NCBI GenBank assembly: GCA_034439735.1
Contig: JAWXAX010000302.1
Location: 40,338-104,337, forward strand
Reading direction: 5' to 3'
DNA: 64,000 bases
Source of the DNA: Rhodothermales bacterium
GTDB taxonomy: Bacteria > Bacteroidota > Rhodothermia > Rhodothermales > JAHQVL01
The first letter of the stretch is position 1. Each line of letters begins with the position of its first letter. Position numbers and translations under genes: made by a program. The notes below the pieces were generated by a model, which was not told the DNA's origin, did no database searches, and saw nothing but the letters and a program-made list of their open reading frames with translations. This document shows, one piece after another, positions 45,330-54,356 of this stretch.

Positions 45330-46847
45330 ATGCCATCTGACCCCGTACGTATGATAACCCTTTCTCGTATCGTCCTCGTCGCCAGCCTGCTGCTGGCCGG
45401 CTGTTCGGGCTCCCGGAACGCGACGCGGCCCACCGGCCCGCCGCCCACGGCGGAGGTGCTCGTCATTCCCGCCGGCGTCGACAGCACCGTCGCTGCCTAC
45501 GCCGACTCGCTCAGCAAGGCTTCGTTTGTCTCGATCCCGGATCAGGAGCAGGCGAGTGGCGCCCGCGAGGAGGCGGTGACGTGGACGGCCTTCAGCGATA
45601 CCCTCTGGGAATACCTCGAGCTTGCCGGCGACAGCGCCGGCCGGGTGGATGCTCCCGCCGCCGACGCCGCGTTGCGCGCCGCCAACCAGGCGGCAGGCCC
45701 GCTGAACGAGTTGATCCAGCTATCCCGTGCCGGCGACCTCGATACCGAGCAGGGGCTCCGCCGGCAGGGCGTGTTGTTGGATCAGGCGCAACAGGCCCTC
45801 GAGGCGTCGATCCGGCTCAACCCGTTCGACGAACAAACCCAGAGCGTCCTGGCCCGGGTGTATACGGCCCAGGCGCAACGCCTCGGTCGCGAGGATGCGT
45901 ATGATGCCTCCATACAGGTCCTGGAAAAGCTGACGCGTCTGCGCCCCGATCAGCACAGCCTGTTCCTTGCCCTCGCCAACAACTACTACCAGACGCGCCA
46001 GTGGGGGCCGGCGCTCCAGCACTACGAACGCGCCGAGTATGTCTACCTTGCCACGTACGACCTCGTGCCGGATCCGGCCGAGGCGGCGCTGGACTCCATG
46101 TTGCTCTTCCAGTACGTCACCCGCCAGGCCGACGTCCACGTCTGGCGTTACGACGCGCCGGCGGCGCTCGCCGCGTACGAACGCGCCCTCGCGCTCGCCA
46201 GCATCCCCGAGGACGTCGATTTCGTCCGTGGCGAAATGCAGTGGATCGGGTGGGATAATGGCAACATCGCCGCCAGCTTTGCGCGTGATTCGCTCGTCAT
46301 GATCGAGCAGGAGGGCCAGCTTGTCGAGGCCGAGCGCGGGTTCAGCCGGCTCCTGGGAGAACTTGCGACCCAGCCGGCGCGCGACGAAACCGAGTGGCGG
46401 CTGGCGGCCGTCCAGTATAAAAACGGGAATGGGGACGAGGCGGCCAACCGGCTCTTGGGCCTCGTGCAGCGGACCCGCGTCGATGCCGCCGGCGTGCCGG
46501 TGGATACGCTTTCTACCCGGTATTTCGACACCTTCGGGACGATCTGCTTCAACCAGGCCATGATTTATCTGGGAGAAAAACGGGATAACCGGACGGCCCT
46601 CAAGTACCTCGAGCAGGCGGCGTCGATCCCCTGGCAGGACCGGCCGCGCGCGTACCTCGAGAGTGCGAAGCTGCTACGGAGCAACGTCGCCGAGGCCAAA
46701 CGCCGGGCCGAGAGGGCGCTGGAGGAGGTCGAACGGCTCTCCGGCGAGGACCAGAAAGCCCTCTACGGCCTGCTGGCCACCTTCCATCGCACCGAAGGGA
46801 ATTTCGCCGAGGCCCGGAAGTACCTCGAACTCTACCGCGCGATGTGA
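45330..46847 (+). CDS. TPR-repeat lipoprotein
   Basis: ATG 45330 (or 45351). LLLAGCSGS lipobox. TPR-like repeats throughout. Confidence 0.7.
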   Translation: MPSDPVRMITLSRIVLVASLLLAGCSGSRNATRPTGPPPTAEVLVIPAGVDSTVAAYADSLSKASFVSIPDQEQASGAREEAVTWTAFSDTLWEYLELAGDSAGRVDAPAADAALRAANQAAGPLNELIQLSRAGDLDTEQGLRRQGVLLDQAQQALEASIRLNPFDEQTQSVLARVYTAQAQRLGREDAYDASIQVLEKLTRLRPDQHSLFLALANNYYQTRQWGPALQHYERAEYVYLATYDLVPDPAEAALDSMLLFQYVTRQADVHVWRYDAPAALAAYERALALASIPEDVDFVRGEMQWIGWDNGNIAASFARDSLVMIEQEGQLVEAERGFSRLLGELATQPARDETEWRLAAVQYKNGNGDEAANRLLGLVQRTRVDAAGVPVDTLSTRYFDTFGTICFNQAMIYLGEKRDNRTALKYLEQAASIPWQDRPRAYLESAKLLRSNVAEAKRRAERALEEVERLSGEDQKALYGLLATFHRTEGNFAEARKYLELYRAM

Positions 46848-46903
46848 TCAGGCGCGGTCAGGCCGCGCACGCACCCTTTTTGTCGACGAATCGAGCCACC
46901 GAC

Positions 46904-47683
46904 ATGACGACGTCCATCCAACCCTTTGCCATTACCGCGATTCTGGCGGGCGCCATGCTGGCGGCTGCGACGCCGGCGTTGGGCCAGGCGCGGCTCGATT
47001 TTAGCCAGGTCACGCGGCCCGTCGTTGAAGTCCAGGATCCCCAACTCGTCGCCTTCCTCCTCGATGCGCTCATCATCCTTACCGAAGGCGAGACGACTTC
47101 CCTTGAAGTGATCGACATCACTCGGAACGGCTTCGGCCCGGACGACGTGGTCGTCGTCCACCCCTCCATGGAAACACACAAGCTGCCGCCCGTCCTCCCG
47201 TTAGATGTGCAGGACCTCATGAACGGATGGGAGCTCGAGGCCAACACCCAGTACGACGGCGCCAACGACCGCGCATCCGTCTATGACCCGGAGCGAGACC
47301 CCGAACTTCGCACAAGCCGGCAGAAGGCCGAACGCGCCGTGTTGTACGACCTCCTCCGCTCGCTCGAACGCAACTACCGCGACGCGCCCCTGAGCATCCT
47401 GTTCGAGCGCAACGAGGAGGCGTTTACGTTTCAGATGTGGGACTACAACGAGGACGCCCTCGCTTACACTCCGCCGCCTCCGGCCCAGCCGGACACCGTC
47501 AACGCCTACGATATGCTGTTCGTCCTCCGCCAGGATTCCCTCATCATCGCGGACACCGTACTCTACGACCTATTTTATCTCCAGAAAACCGTCGAAGAGA
47601 TCATCTGGATGCCCGATATCCCCGAAAACCGCACCGGCCCGACAGCTGCACGGTTTGTCGATTCGCCGTTTCGCCGGCAGTGA
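46904..47683 (+). CDS. Secreted hypothetical protein (last gene of the operon)
   Basis: ATG 46904. Signal peptide AITAILAGAMLAAATPALGQ. No motif recognised. Confidence 0.5.
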   Translation: MTTSIQPFAITAILAGAMLAAATPALGQARLDFSQVTRPVVEVQDPQLVAFLLDALIILTEGETTSLEVIDITRNGFGPDDVVVVHPSMETHKLPPVLPLDVQDLMNGWELEANTQYDGANDRASVYDPERDPELRTSRQKAERAVLYDLLRSLERNYRDAPLSILFERNEEAFTFQMWDYNEDALAYTPPPPAQPDTVNAYDMLFVLRQDSLIIADTVLYDLFYLQKTVEEIIWMPDIPENRTGPTAARFVDSPFRRQ

Positions 47684-47810
47684 GGGGGATCCGTGTCACG
47701 TTGCGCGTTTTTGCGTTGAACGTTTTGTGTGTTGGTACGCGCTATCTGGCTGTAGAGCGTGATTCCAGGATGCAACACATAACGCGCAACGGATCAACGC
47801 GTAACGTTGG

Positions 47811-48215
47811 TTACTTCGGCAGCCCGAACATATCCTCGATCGCGTTCCGGACCATCGGGTCGTAGCTGACGCGGTGGATCAGGATGATGCTACCCTGGTG
47901 GTACACCTCGTAGAGCGCGAGCGTCTCCGCAACGTTGGACTCCTTTTTGGCCTGCTCTTCGTCCCGGAAGAAATACACATCGACGATGTCCCGCTCGTTT
48001 AGCAGCAGCCGCTCGCCAAAAGTGGACGTGATGGTCGTCTCAGAAACCGGACCCTCTTCACGCGCCGTGATGCCCTGCATCGAGAGCTGCTGCATGAAGT
48101 CCGACAGATGAAGGCGAGATGGGTTCTGCCCCGTTTGTTTGAAGCTGGCGCAACCGTTCATGATCAGTAGCGCGATGAACGAGGCGGCAAGCGTAACCAA
48201 TGAGCGATGTCGCAT
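47811..48215 (-). CDS. Hypothetical lipoprotein
   Basis: ATG 48215. FIALLIMNGCASF lipobox. No motif recognised. Confidence 0.5.
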   Translation of the reverse strand: MRHRSLVTLAASFIALLIMNGCASFKQTGQNPSRLHLSDFMQQLSMQGITAREEGPVSETTITSTFGERLLLNERDIVDVYFFRDEEQAKKESNVAETLALYEVYHQGSIILIHRVSYDPMVRNAIEDMFGLPK

Positions 48216-48559
48216 GGAGCAGAGGAGATGAGTGGATGAACTCGTTGCGCCGGCCCTACCGATAAACTGGACCCAACGGTAGGATACGATTTTCTCCGAT
48301 GAACTCATATCTTACCAGACAAACCACGGCCGGCGGGGTTGCCGAACGCCATTTAAGTAATGTCGCTGAATAGCCGATCCCCTATGCATCCAGGCCGCGC
48401 TCGGCGATTTGGCGCCTGAAGTTCGATCGGCGGCCTGTCAGCAGGAAATCTCGGGGCAGAAGTTTTTCCTCTTTCTGGAGATATTTTGCCCCGCGATGAT
48501 ACTGTATGATGAGAAAATGATGAGCGTTTAAAGTTTCTCGTTAGCCATCCGAATCCACC

Positions 48560-49213
48560 ATGGTCCACGCTAAAAAGCTCTTTCTACTCGGCGGTCCGCC
48601 GGTCGCCGGGAAATCCTATCTCATGGACAAAATCCACGCGGGGGGACTCCCCGGCATCGTCAAGGCGCTAAATCTCGGCGACCCGGAGCAGCTTGTGTAT
48701 GCCCGCGCCGCCACCTTGAAAGATATCGCCGAGCCGGTGGTCGAGCGGCTCGTCCTGCATTATGACTTCCTGGGGCCGTTCGTAAACGGCAAGCAAGAAT
48801 ACTTTGCGCAGGATGCGCTGGGTCTCATCGCGGACTCGGACGAGGTGGTGTTTGTCACCCTGTGGGTGCCGCAGCCCGTGCTTTCGAAGCGAATCCACGA
48901 ACGACGCGTGCGCGAGACCATCGCCTTCATGCCGAAGCTGGCGCTCGGTAAGGAGGGATTCTCGCAACAGATCCACAAGCTGAAACGGTTCAAGATGATC
49001 CAGGATCTGTACGATAGTCCGGAGCGTCTCGGTCTGCAGTACGCCAAATGGTTGACCTTCTGCGCCCAGTACCCGGGCCGGCCGCATCATGTACTCGTCA
49101 ACATGAAAAATGAAGAGACGTTGTTGCCGATCGAAACGTGGAATGAGATCCAGAAAGATTACAAACACGTCATCCGGTCACACCGCCCCATGGCGACCAG
49201 CCTTGTGATGTGA
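48560..49213 (+). CDS. P-loop NTPase-like hypothetical protein
   Basis: Walker A-like LFLLGGPPVAGKSYLM at the N-terminus. Nothing else recognised. Confidence 0.45.
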   Translation: MVHAKKLFLLGGPPVAGKSYLMDKIHAGGLPGIVKALNLGDPEQLVYARAATLKDIAEPVVERLVLHYDFLGPFVNGKQEYFAQDALGLIADSDEVVFVTLWVPQPVLSKRIHERRVRETIAFMPKLALGKEGFSQQIHKLKRFKMIQDLYDSPERLGLQYAKWLTFCAQYPGRPHHVLVNMKNEETLLPIETWNEIQKDYKHVIRSHRPMATSLVM

Positions 49214-49289
49214 TTTCATGTTCACGTCTCGGTCTCGTGGCGTATCATGAGGGCATGGTTTGGCCTTCTTCCTCGTTATAAAGACACCC

Positions 49290-50036
49290 ATGAACGTGTC
49301 CCACGCTGCTGCCTGGCTTCTCTTCCTCTGCCTCGCGCCGGGATCGGGGGCTGCCCAGCCGACGGCCTCGACCGATGTGGTGGCCCGTAGCCTGGCGCTA
49401 CACGATCCAGGCGGCGTATGGTACCAGCGTGCCCATCGGCTCCAGCTCCGAGAAACCCGGCCGGAGGCCGAAGACCGATTGACGGAGGTCGTCCTCGACT
49501 ATCCTGCCGGTCTGTTTGTCATGACCACCGTACGCGAGGGCCGGCGGATAGAAATGCGCCTGCAGGACGAAGGGGGATGTGTTGCCACGCTGGACGGCTC
49601 GACGGAAATCGCGGAAGTCGACCGGAAGAAGTACCGGTTGGATTGCGAGGGTGTCGCCTGGTGGCGCGGGTATCAGGAATACTTGTACGGGCTACCGATG
49701 AAAATTCGAGACGCCGGCGCCACGCTCGAAGCCGAGGCCAAAACCGCCACCTTCAATGGCCGCGAGGCCCTCTCCGTCCGCGTCACCTACGACCCGACCG
49801 TCGGCGGGGACGTCTGGTATTTCTATTTCGACCCCACCACGTTCGCGCTCGTCGGCGCCCGATTCTACCACGACGAGGCCAAAAACGACGGGGAGTACCT
49901 GTATTTTGAGGAGCAAATCTCGGCCGGCGGCATCACGCTGCCGCGAGTCCGCGCGTGGTACTACAACAGCGACGATCGGTATCTGGCCAAAGATATCATC
50001 GAATCGTACGAGCAGGTGCCATCAGGCCAGAATTGA
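49290..50036 (+). CDS. Secreted hypothetical protein
   Basis: ATG 49290 with signal peptide AAWLLFLCLAPGSGAAQP. No motif recognised. Confidence 0.5.
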   Translation: MNVSHAAAWLLFLCLAPGSGAAQPTASTDVVARSLALHDPGGVWYQRAHRLQLRETRPEAEDRLTEVVLDYPAGLFVMTTVREGRRIEMRLQDEGGCVATLDGSTEIAEVDRKKYRLDCEGVAWWRGYQEYLYGLPMKIRDAGATLEAEAKTATFNGREALSVRVTYDPTVGGDVWYFYFDPTTFALVGARFYHDEAKNDGEYLYFEEQISAGGITLPRVRAWYYNSDDRYLAKDIIESYEQVPSGQN

Positions 50037-50049
50037 CCCCGGCACGCCC

Positions 50050-50078
50050 GTAGAGACGCTCCTGTGAAGCGTCTCCTT
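50050..50078. repeat. GTAGAGACGC-type hairpin between convergent genes
   Basis: CGTAGAGACGCT-CCTGTGA-AGCGTCTCC. Stem GAGACGCT/AGCGTCTC. Same core as the palindromes at 63590 and 63765. Confidence 0.65.
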
Positions 50079-50111
50079 CCCGAAAACCGATCGCCAGTTT
50101 GTGTCGTGGCC

Positions 50112-51359
50112 CTACGGGAGCAATGGGGCGAGATCAGCCTTCATCTTCTCGAACTCCGGCCGTAGCGAATCGGGCAGGGGTTCGGCCGTGTCGGGCAACT
50201 CTTCGCGGAGCGGATCGACCTGGGTGCCGTTGCGCCAGAACCGGTAACACAGGTGCGGCCCCGTGGCGAGCCCCGTGCTGCCGACGAACCCGATCACGTC
50301 GCCCTGCTTGACGAAGGCGCCGGCCTTCACACCGTCCGCGATGCCGGAGAGATGCAGGTAGCCGGTGGTGTAGGTGCTGTTGTGTTTGATCTTGACGTAG
50401 CGGCCGTTGTTTTTTGTGTACGCCGCTTCTTCGACGACCCCATCGGCCGTGGCGCGTACGGGCGTGCCGACCGGCGCGGCGTAGTCGGTGCCGAGGTGCG
50501 CCCGGTACAGCTTCAGCACCGGATGGAACCGGTTGCCGGAATAGCGGGAGCTGATGCGGGAGTAGGAGAGCGGTGCGCGGAGAAACGGCCGGCGCAGGCC
50601 GTTGCCGTCTGCATCGTAATAATCCACCCGGCCCTCGTGTTCGAAGCGGTAAGCGGTATACGTCCGGCCCTGGTGCACGAAGCGCGCGGCCAGCACCTTA
50701 TCCACACCGATCGACTCACCCTCGATATACTGCTCTTCGTACACCGCGGCGAAGGAGTCGCCCCGCATGATCCGGTAGAAGTCCACCTGCCAGGCAAACA
50801 CATCGGACAACGCGACGGCGAGTTGTGGGTCCTTGTCCTGGTTCTGTAGCGTCACATACAGCGACCCGTCGATCGCTCCGCCGGCCTGTTGGCGGCGAAC
50901 GCTCACCTCGCGGTGGCCCTCGAGGATGCGGAGACTGTCGGAAAGGTCGAGGACGACAAAGTCGATCGCGTTCTTCGCGTATACGAAATAGCGAGGCGCT
51001 TTGGGGGCGTCGGGCGCAAAGTAGAACCGATAGGCATTGCCGGCGCGCATGCGCCGGTCGTCGAGCATGGGCCGGGAGGTTTCGGCGATCGTGTGGATGC
51101 GATTAGAAGCGACGCCGTGCCGGGTGAGGAGGTCGGAGAACGTCTCGTTGCGCTGGACCCTGCCATCCGTTATCGCAAAAGCCCCTTCGCGCATGCCGAA
51201 CGCGTCGAACATGAGCGGCAGGCCGGCGGAGGTGAACGGTATGGGCGGCGCGCCCGTGGTCCCGATCGAGGCGGTCGATCGCGGATAAAACAGGAAGAGG
51301 CAGACAAATAACAGGTAGGTGCCCAGGAGGGCGAGCACAGAACGTCGTCGGTGGGGCAT
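50112..51359 (-). CDS. M23 family (LytM-type) metallopeptidase
   Basis: ATG 51359 with N-terminal TM. HLGTDYAAPVGTPVRATADGVV, GYLHLS, GFVGSTGLATGPHLCYRF. Confidence 0.85.
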   Translation of the reverse strand: MPHRRRSVLALLGTYLLFVCLFLFYPRSTASIGTTGAPPIPFTSAGLPLMFDAFGMREGAFAITDGRVQRNETFSDLLTRHGVASNRIHTIAETSRPMLDDRRMRAGNAYRFYFAPDAPKAPRYFVYAKNAIDFVVLDLSDSLRILEGHREVSVRRQQAGGAIDGSLYVTLQNQDKDPQLAVALSDVFAWQVDFYRIMRGDSFAAVYEEQYIEGESIGVDKVLAARFVHQGRTYTAYRFEHEGRVDYYDADGNGLRRPFLRAPLSYSRISSRYSGNRFHPVLKLYRAHLGTDYAAPVGTPVRATADGVVEEAAYTKNNGRYVKIKHNSTYTTGYLHLSGIADGVKAGAFVKQGDVIGFVGSTGLATGPHLCYRFWRNGTQVDPLREELPDTAEPLPDSLRPEFEKMKADLAPLLP

Positions 51360-51477
51360 GCGAAAGTGCCTGATAGCGCCTGTAGGGGGATTACACGGCG
51401 TTGGAGGGAGTTTCGTTGACGGGGCGGGTGTCGAAACTACGAACGGCCGGCGAGAAAAGCACCTCCCGGGCTTTACT

Positions 51478-52032
51478 TCATCCAGGGATCCAGGGCGTTT
51501 CGCCCGAGCCATCCCGATGGTTGGCCCAGCGGGCGAGAACGAAAAGGAAGTCCGACAACCGGTTCAGGTAGATGGCCGATTGCTGGTTGACCGCCTCCTG
51601 CTCGGCGAGCGCCACGACCAGTCGCTCGGCCCGGCGGCAGACGGTGCGGGCGACATGCAGCGCCGCTCCGGCTGGCCGGCCACCCGGCAGGATAAAGTGC
51701 TTGAGCACCGGCACCTCGGCCTCGTACCGGTCGATCTCGGCTTCGATGCGAGTAACCTGATCGGGCGTCGTGCGGGGCACGGATGCCCTGGCTTCGAGCG
51801 GCGTCGCGAGGTCGGCCCCGAGCGTGAACAGGTCTTTCTGGATACTCGTCAGCACCTCGACGAGTCCATCCGCCTGTGGATGCCCCGCGGCATGGGCGAT
51901 CGCCAGGCCGAGGAAGGAATTCGTTTCGTCGACCGACCCGTAGGCTTCGATGCGGAGGTGGTGTTTGGAGACGCGGCCGCCGCCGAAGAGGCCCGTTGTG
52001 CCGTCGTCGCCCGTTCGGGTGTAGATTTTCAC
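51478..52032 (-). CDS. PduO-type ATP:cob(I)alamin adenosyltransferase
   Basis: GTG start. MKIYTRTGDDGTTGLFGGGRVSKHHLRIEAYGSVDE is the family N-terminus. 4-nt overlap with the upstream ABC ATPase gene. Confidence 0.85.
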   Translation of the reverse strand: MKIYTRTGDDGTTGLFGGGRVSKHHLRIEAYGSVDETNSFLGLAIAHAAGHPQADGLVEVLTSIQKDLFTLGADLATPLEARASVPRTTPDQVTRIEAEIDRYEAEVPVLKHFILPGGRPAGAALHVARTVCRRAERLVVALAEQEAVNQQSAIYLNRLSDFLFVLARWANHRDGSGETPWIPG

Positions 52033-52814
52033 AGAGGTAGGGTTTGATGAAACAGGATGGTAGGGCGCTGCGCGGCATCGAGGGCGACGTCCGCCTGCAT
52101 GCGGAAGACATCGGCGAGGAGGGTCGGCGTGAGCACCTCCGCCGGCGACCCCTCCGCGGCCAGGCGCCCATCCTGGAGGACAAGCACGGCGTCGGCGAAG
52201 CGGGCGGCGAGGGCGAGGTCGTGCACGACGGCCAGGACGGTTTTGCCGGCCTGAACGAGTGCTTCGAGCCGGCGCATGAGGTCGTACTGATGGTACAGAT
52301 CGAGGTGTAGTGTCGGCTCATCGAGCAGCAGCACCTCGGTGTCCTGCGCCAGGGCCTGGGCGAGGAAGAGACGCTGCTGTTCGCCGCCGCTGAGGCGGGT
52401 AGCCGGCGCGTCGGCGTAACGCGTCAGGTCCAGCGCATCGAGCAGGGCATCCACCTGACCTTTCTCGGCCGGCGACGAACCACCCAGCCAGGGCCGGTGT
52501 GGGGTCCGGCCGAGGGCGACGAACTCGCGCGCCGTGAAGTCGAACGAAACGGCCGCCGACTGACGGACGAAGGCCAGCGTGCGGGCCAGTTCGCGGGCTG
52601 GCCACGCGGCCACCTCGCGGCCCGCGAGGGTGAGGGATCCGCTATACGGTAACAACCCACCGATCGCCCGAAGCAGCGTCGTCTTGCCGCTGCCGTTGGG
52701 GCCGATGAGTGCCGTGAACTTCCCGGGCGCTACCTCGAACCCCGGGCCGGCGAGGACCGTCCGCTGGCCGAGGTGGACGTAGAGCGCCTCGGCGGCGATG
52801 CGCGGTGCGTTCAT
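52029..52814 (-). CDS. ABC transporter ATP-binding protein, FecE/BtuD-like class
   Basis: Start trimmed to ATG 52814 (MNAPRIAAEALYV). Walker A GPNGSGKTT, signature LSGGEQQR, Walker B LLLLDEPT. The longer track ORF (to 53291) overlaps the kinase gene in another frame. Confidence 0.85.
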   Translation of the reverse strand: MNAPRIAAEALYVHLGQRTVLAGPGFEVAPGKFTALIGPNGSGKTTLLRAIGGLLPYSGSLTLAGREVAAWPARELARTLAFVRQSAAVSFDFTAREFVALGRTPHRPWLGGSSPAEKGQVDALLDALDLTRYADAPATRLSGGEQQRLFLAQALAQDTEVLLLDEPTLHLDLYHQYDLMRRLEALVQAGKTVLAVVHDLALAARFADAVLVLQDGRLAAEGSPAEVLTPTLLADVFRMQADVALDAAQRPTILFHQTLPL

Positions 52815-54328
52815 CGGAGGAGATCGGCGAAGGAGGCGTCGAGCCGGCGGTAGAGGGTGTCGAATGCACGGTACCGGTCCGTATACACGGCGTGTCGCTC
52901 TGCATCGGGTTGGCACACGCGGTCGACCGCGAAAAGGGCGTCTAACGCCTCCCGCGGGATGGGTTCCCCCACAGCTTCCCAGCCGAGGATGCAGGCGCCC
53001 AGCGCGGAGGCATCGCCTGTCGCGAGCAAGTGGACCGGTTGGCCGAATACGTCGGCCAGGATTTGCGTCCACAATGGAGAATGGACGAACCCCCCGGTGG
53101 CATGGAGTGCCGTCACGGGCGGCGCGTTCGCGGCGAGGCGCTCGGCGATGGCATACAGGGTAAAGATAACCCCCTCGAGCGCGGCCCGGAGGAAGTGGGC
53201 GAGGGTGTGCTGGATGCTGATCCCGAAGTATACGCCGCGCGCACGAGCATTCCAGTAGGGGGCCCGCTCGCCCAGGAGGTAGGGGAGACACAACAGGCCG
53301 TCGGCGCCGGCCGGCAGGGTGCCGGCTTCACGGAGCAGCGTGTCCATGTCCAGGGGAGATCCACCCGGAAAGCGCTCGGCGAACCACTGGTAGACGATGC
53401 CGCCGTTGTTGATCGGGCCGCCCTGGATGTAGGTCGTTTCGTCGAGGATATAACTGAACAGCCCGCTGGCCGTGTCGAAGTCCGCCCGCTGTGTGGCGAT
53501 ACGCACCGCGCCGCTGGTGCCAATCGTCACGGCCAATCGGCCCGGCTCCAGCGCATCGACGCCCAGGTTGGCAAGGCAGCCATCGCTGGCGCCGACGATG
53601 ACGGGGGTGTCGATGGGAAGCCCGATGGCGGCCGCGGCGGCGGGAAGGAGCGCGGGGATGCGGTGCCGGGTCGGGACCGGCGGCGCGAGCCGGCCCGCGT
53701 CGATGCCGGCCAGGGCGAGTGCGCCGGCATGCCACTGGCGCGTTCGGATATCGAACAGTCCCGTCGCCGAGGCGAGGGAGGCGTCGGCGGCCAACTCGCC
53801 GGTGAGCGCGTGGAGGACAAATTCCTTGATCGAGACGAAACGGTGGGCGCGGCGGTGGAGGTCCGGGTGATCTTCCCTTAGCCAGATCAATTTGCACAGG
53901 GGCGTCATAGGATGGATCGGCGTCCCCGTTGCGGCGTACACGCTGTCGCCGGCGGGTGTGCCCCGTAGGGCGTCGGCCTGGCGTCGGCTGCGTGTATCGG
54001 CCCACGTGATACACGGCGTCAGAGGGCTTCCGTCGGCATCGAGCGCGATCAGGCTGTGCATGGCGCTGCTGAATGACAGGCCCCGGATAGGCGCCTCGGT
54101 TAGCGAGGCCACCAGTTCGCGCAGCACCTCGAACGCGGCATCGCGAATGGCGATGGGGTCCTGCTCCGCCGTGGCGTCGTCCGGCGTGAGGAGCGGGTAA
54201 CCGACCTCCCGCCGGCCCCGAACGCGGCCGGCCCGGTCGATGGCGACGGCCTTGGTGCTCGTCGTCCCGATATCGACGCCAATACAGACCTCATCGCTCG
54301 TCAACCCTACCTTCGTTTCCATACCCAT
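52811..54328 (-). CDS. FGGY-family carbohydrate kinase (gluconokinase/xylulokinase-like)
   Basis: IGVDIGTTSTKAVAID N-terminus and C-terminal ATGGFVHSPLWTQILADVFG pattern. 505 aa. Confidence 0.8.
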   Translation of the reverse strand: MGMETKVGLTSDEVCIGVDIGTTSTKAVAIDRAGRVRGRREVGYPLLTPDDATAEQDPIAIRDAAFEVLRELVASLTEAPIRGLSFSSAMHSLIALDADGSPLTPCITWADTRSRRQADALRGTPAGDSVYAATGTPIHPMTPLCKLIWLREDHPDLHRRAHRFVSIKEFVLHALTGELAADASLASATGLFDIRTRQWHAGALALAGIDAGRLAPPVPTRHRIPALLPAAAAAIGLPIDTPVIVGASDGCLANLGVDALEPGRLAVTIGTSGAVRIATQRADFDTASGLFSYILDETTYIQGGPINNGGIVYQWFAERFPGGSPLDMDTLLREAGTLPAGADGLLCLPYLLGERAPYWNARARGVYFGISIQHTLAHFLRAALEGVIFTLYAIAERLAANAPPVTALHATGGFVHSPLWTQILADVFGQPVHLLATGDASALGACILGWEAVGEPIPREALDALFAVDRVCQPDAERHAVYTDRYRAFDTLYRRLDASFADLLR

Positions 54329-54356
54329 GGTACCCGTCCTGTCCCGCGACTATCGT

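Noticed and set aside
52815-53291. Long N-terminal extension of the ABC ATPase ORF (420 aa) overlapping the FGGY kinase
   Set aside because: The extension is Arg/Pro-rich and lies in an alternate frame of a well-supported kinase gene. ATG 52814 gives a standard 261-aa ATPase with an ATGA coupling overlap.
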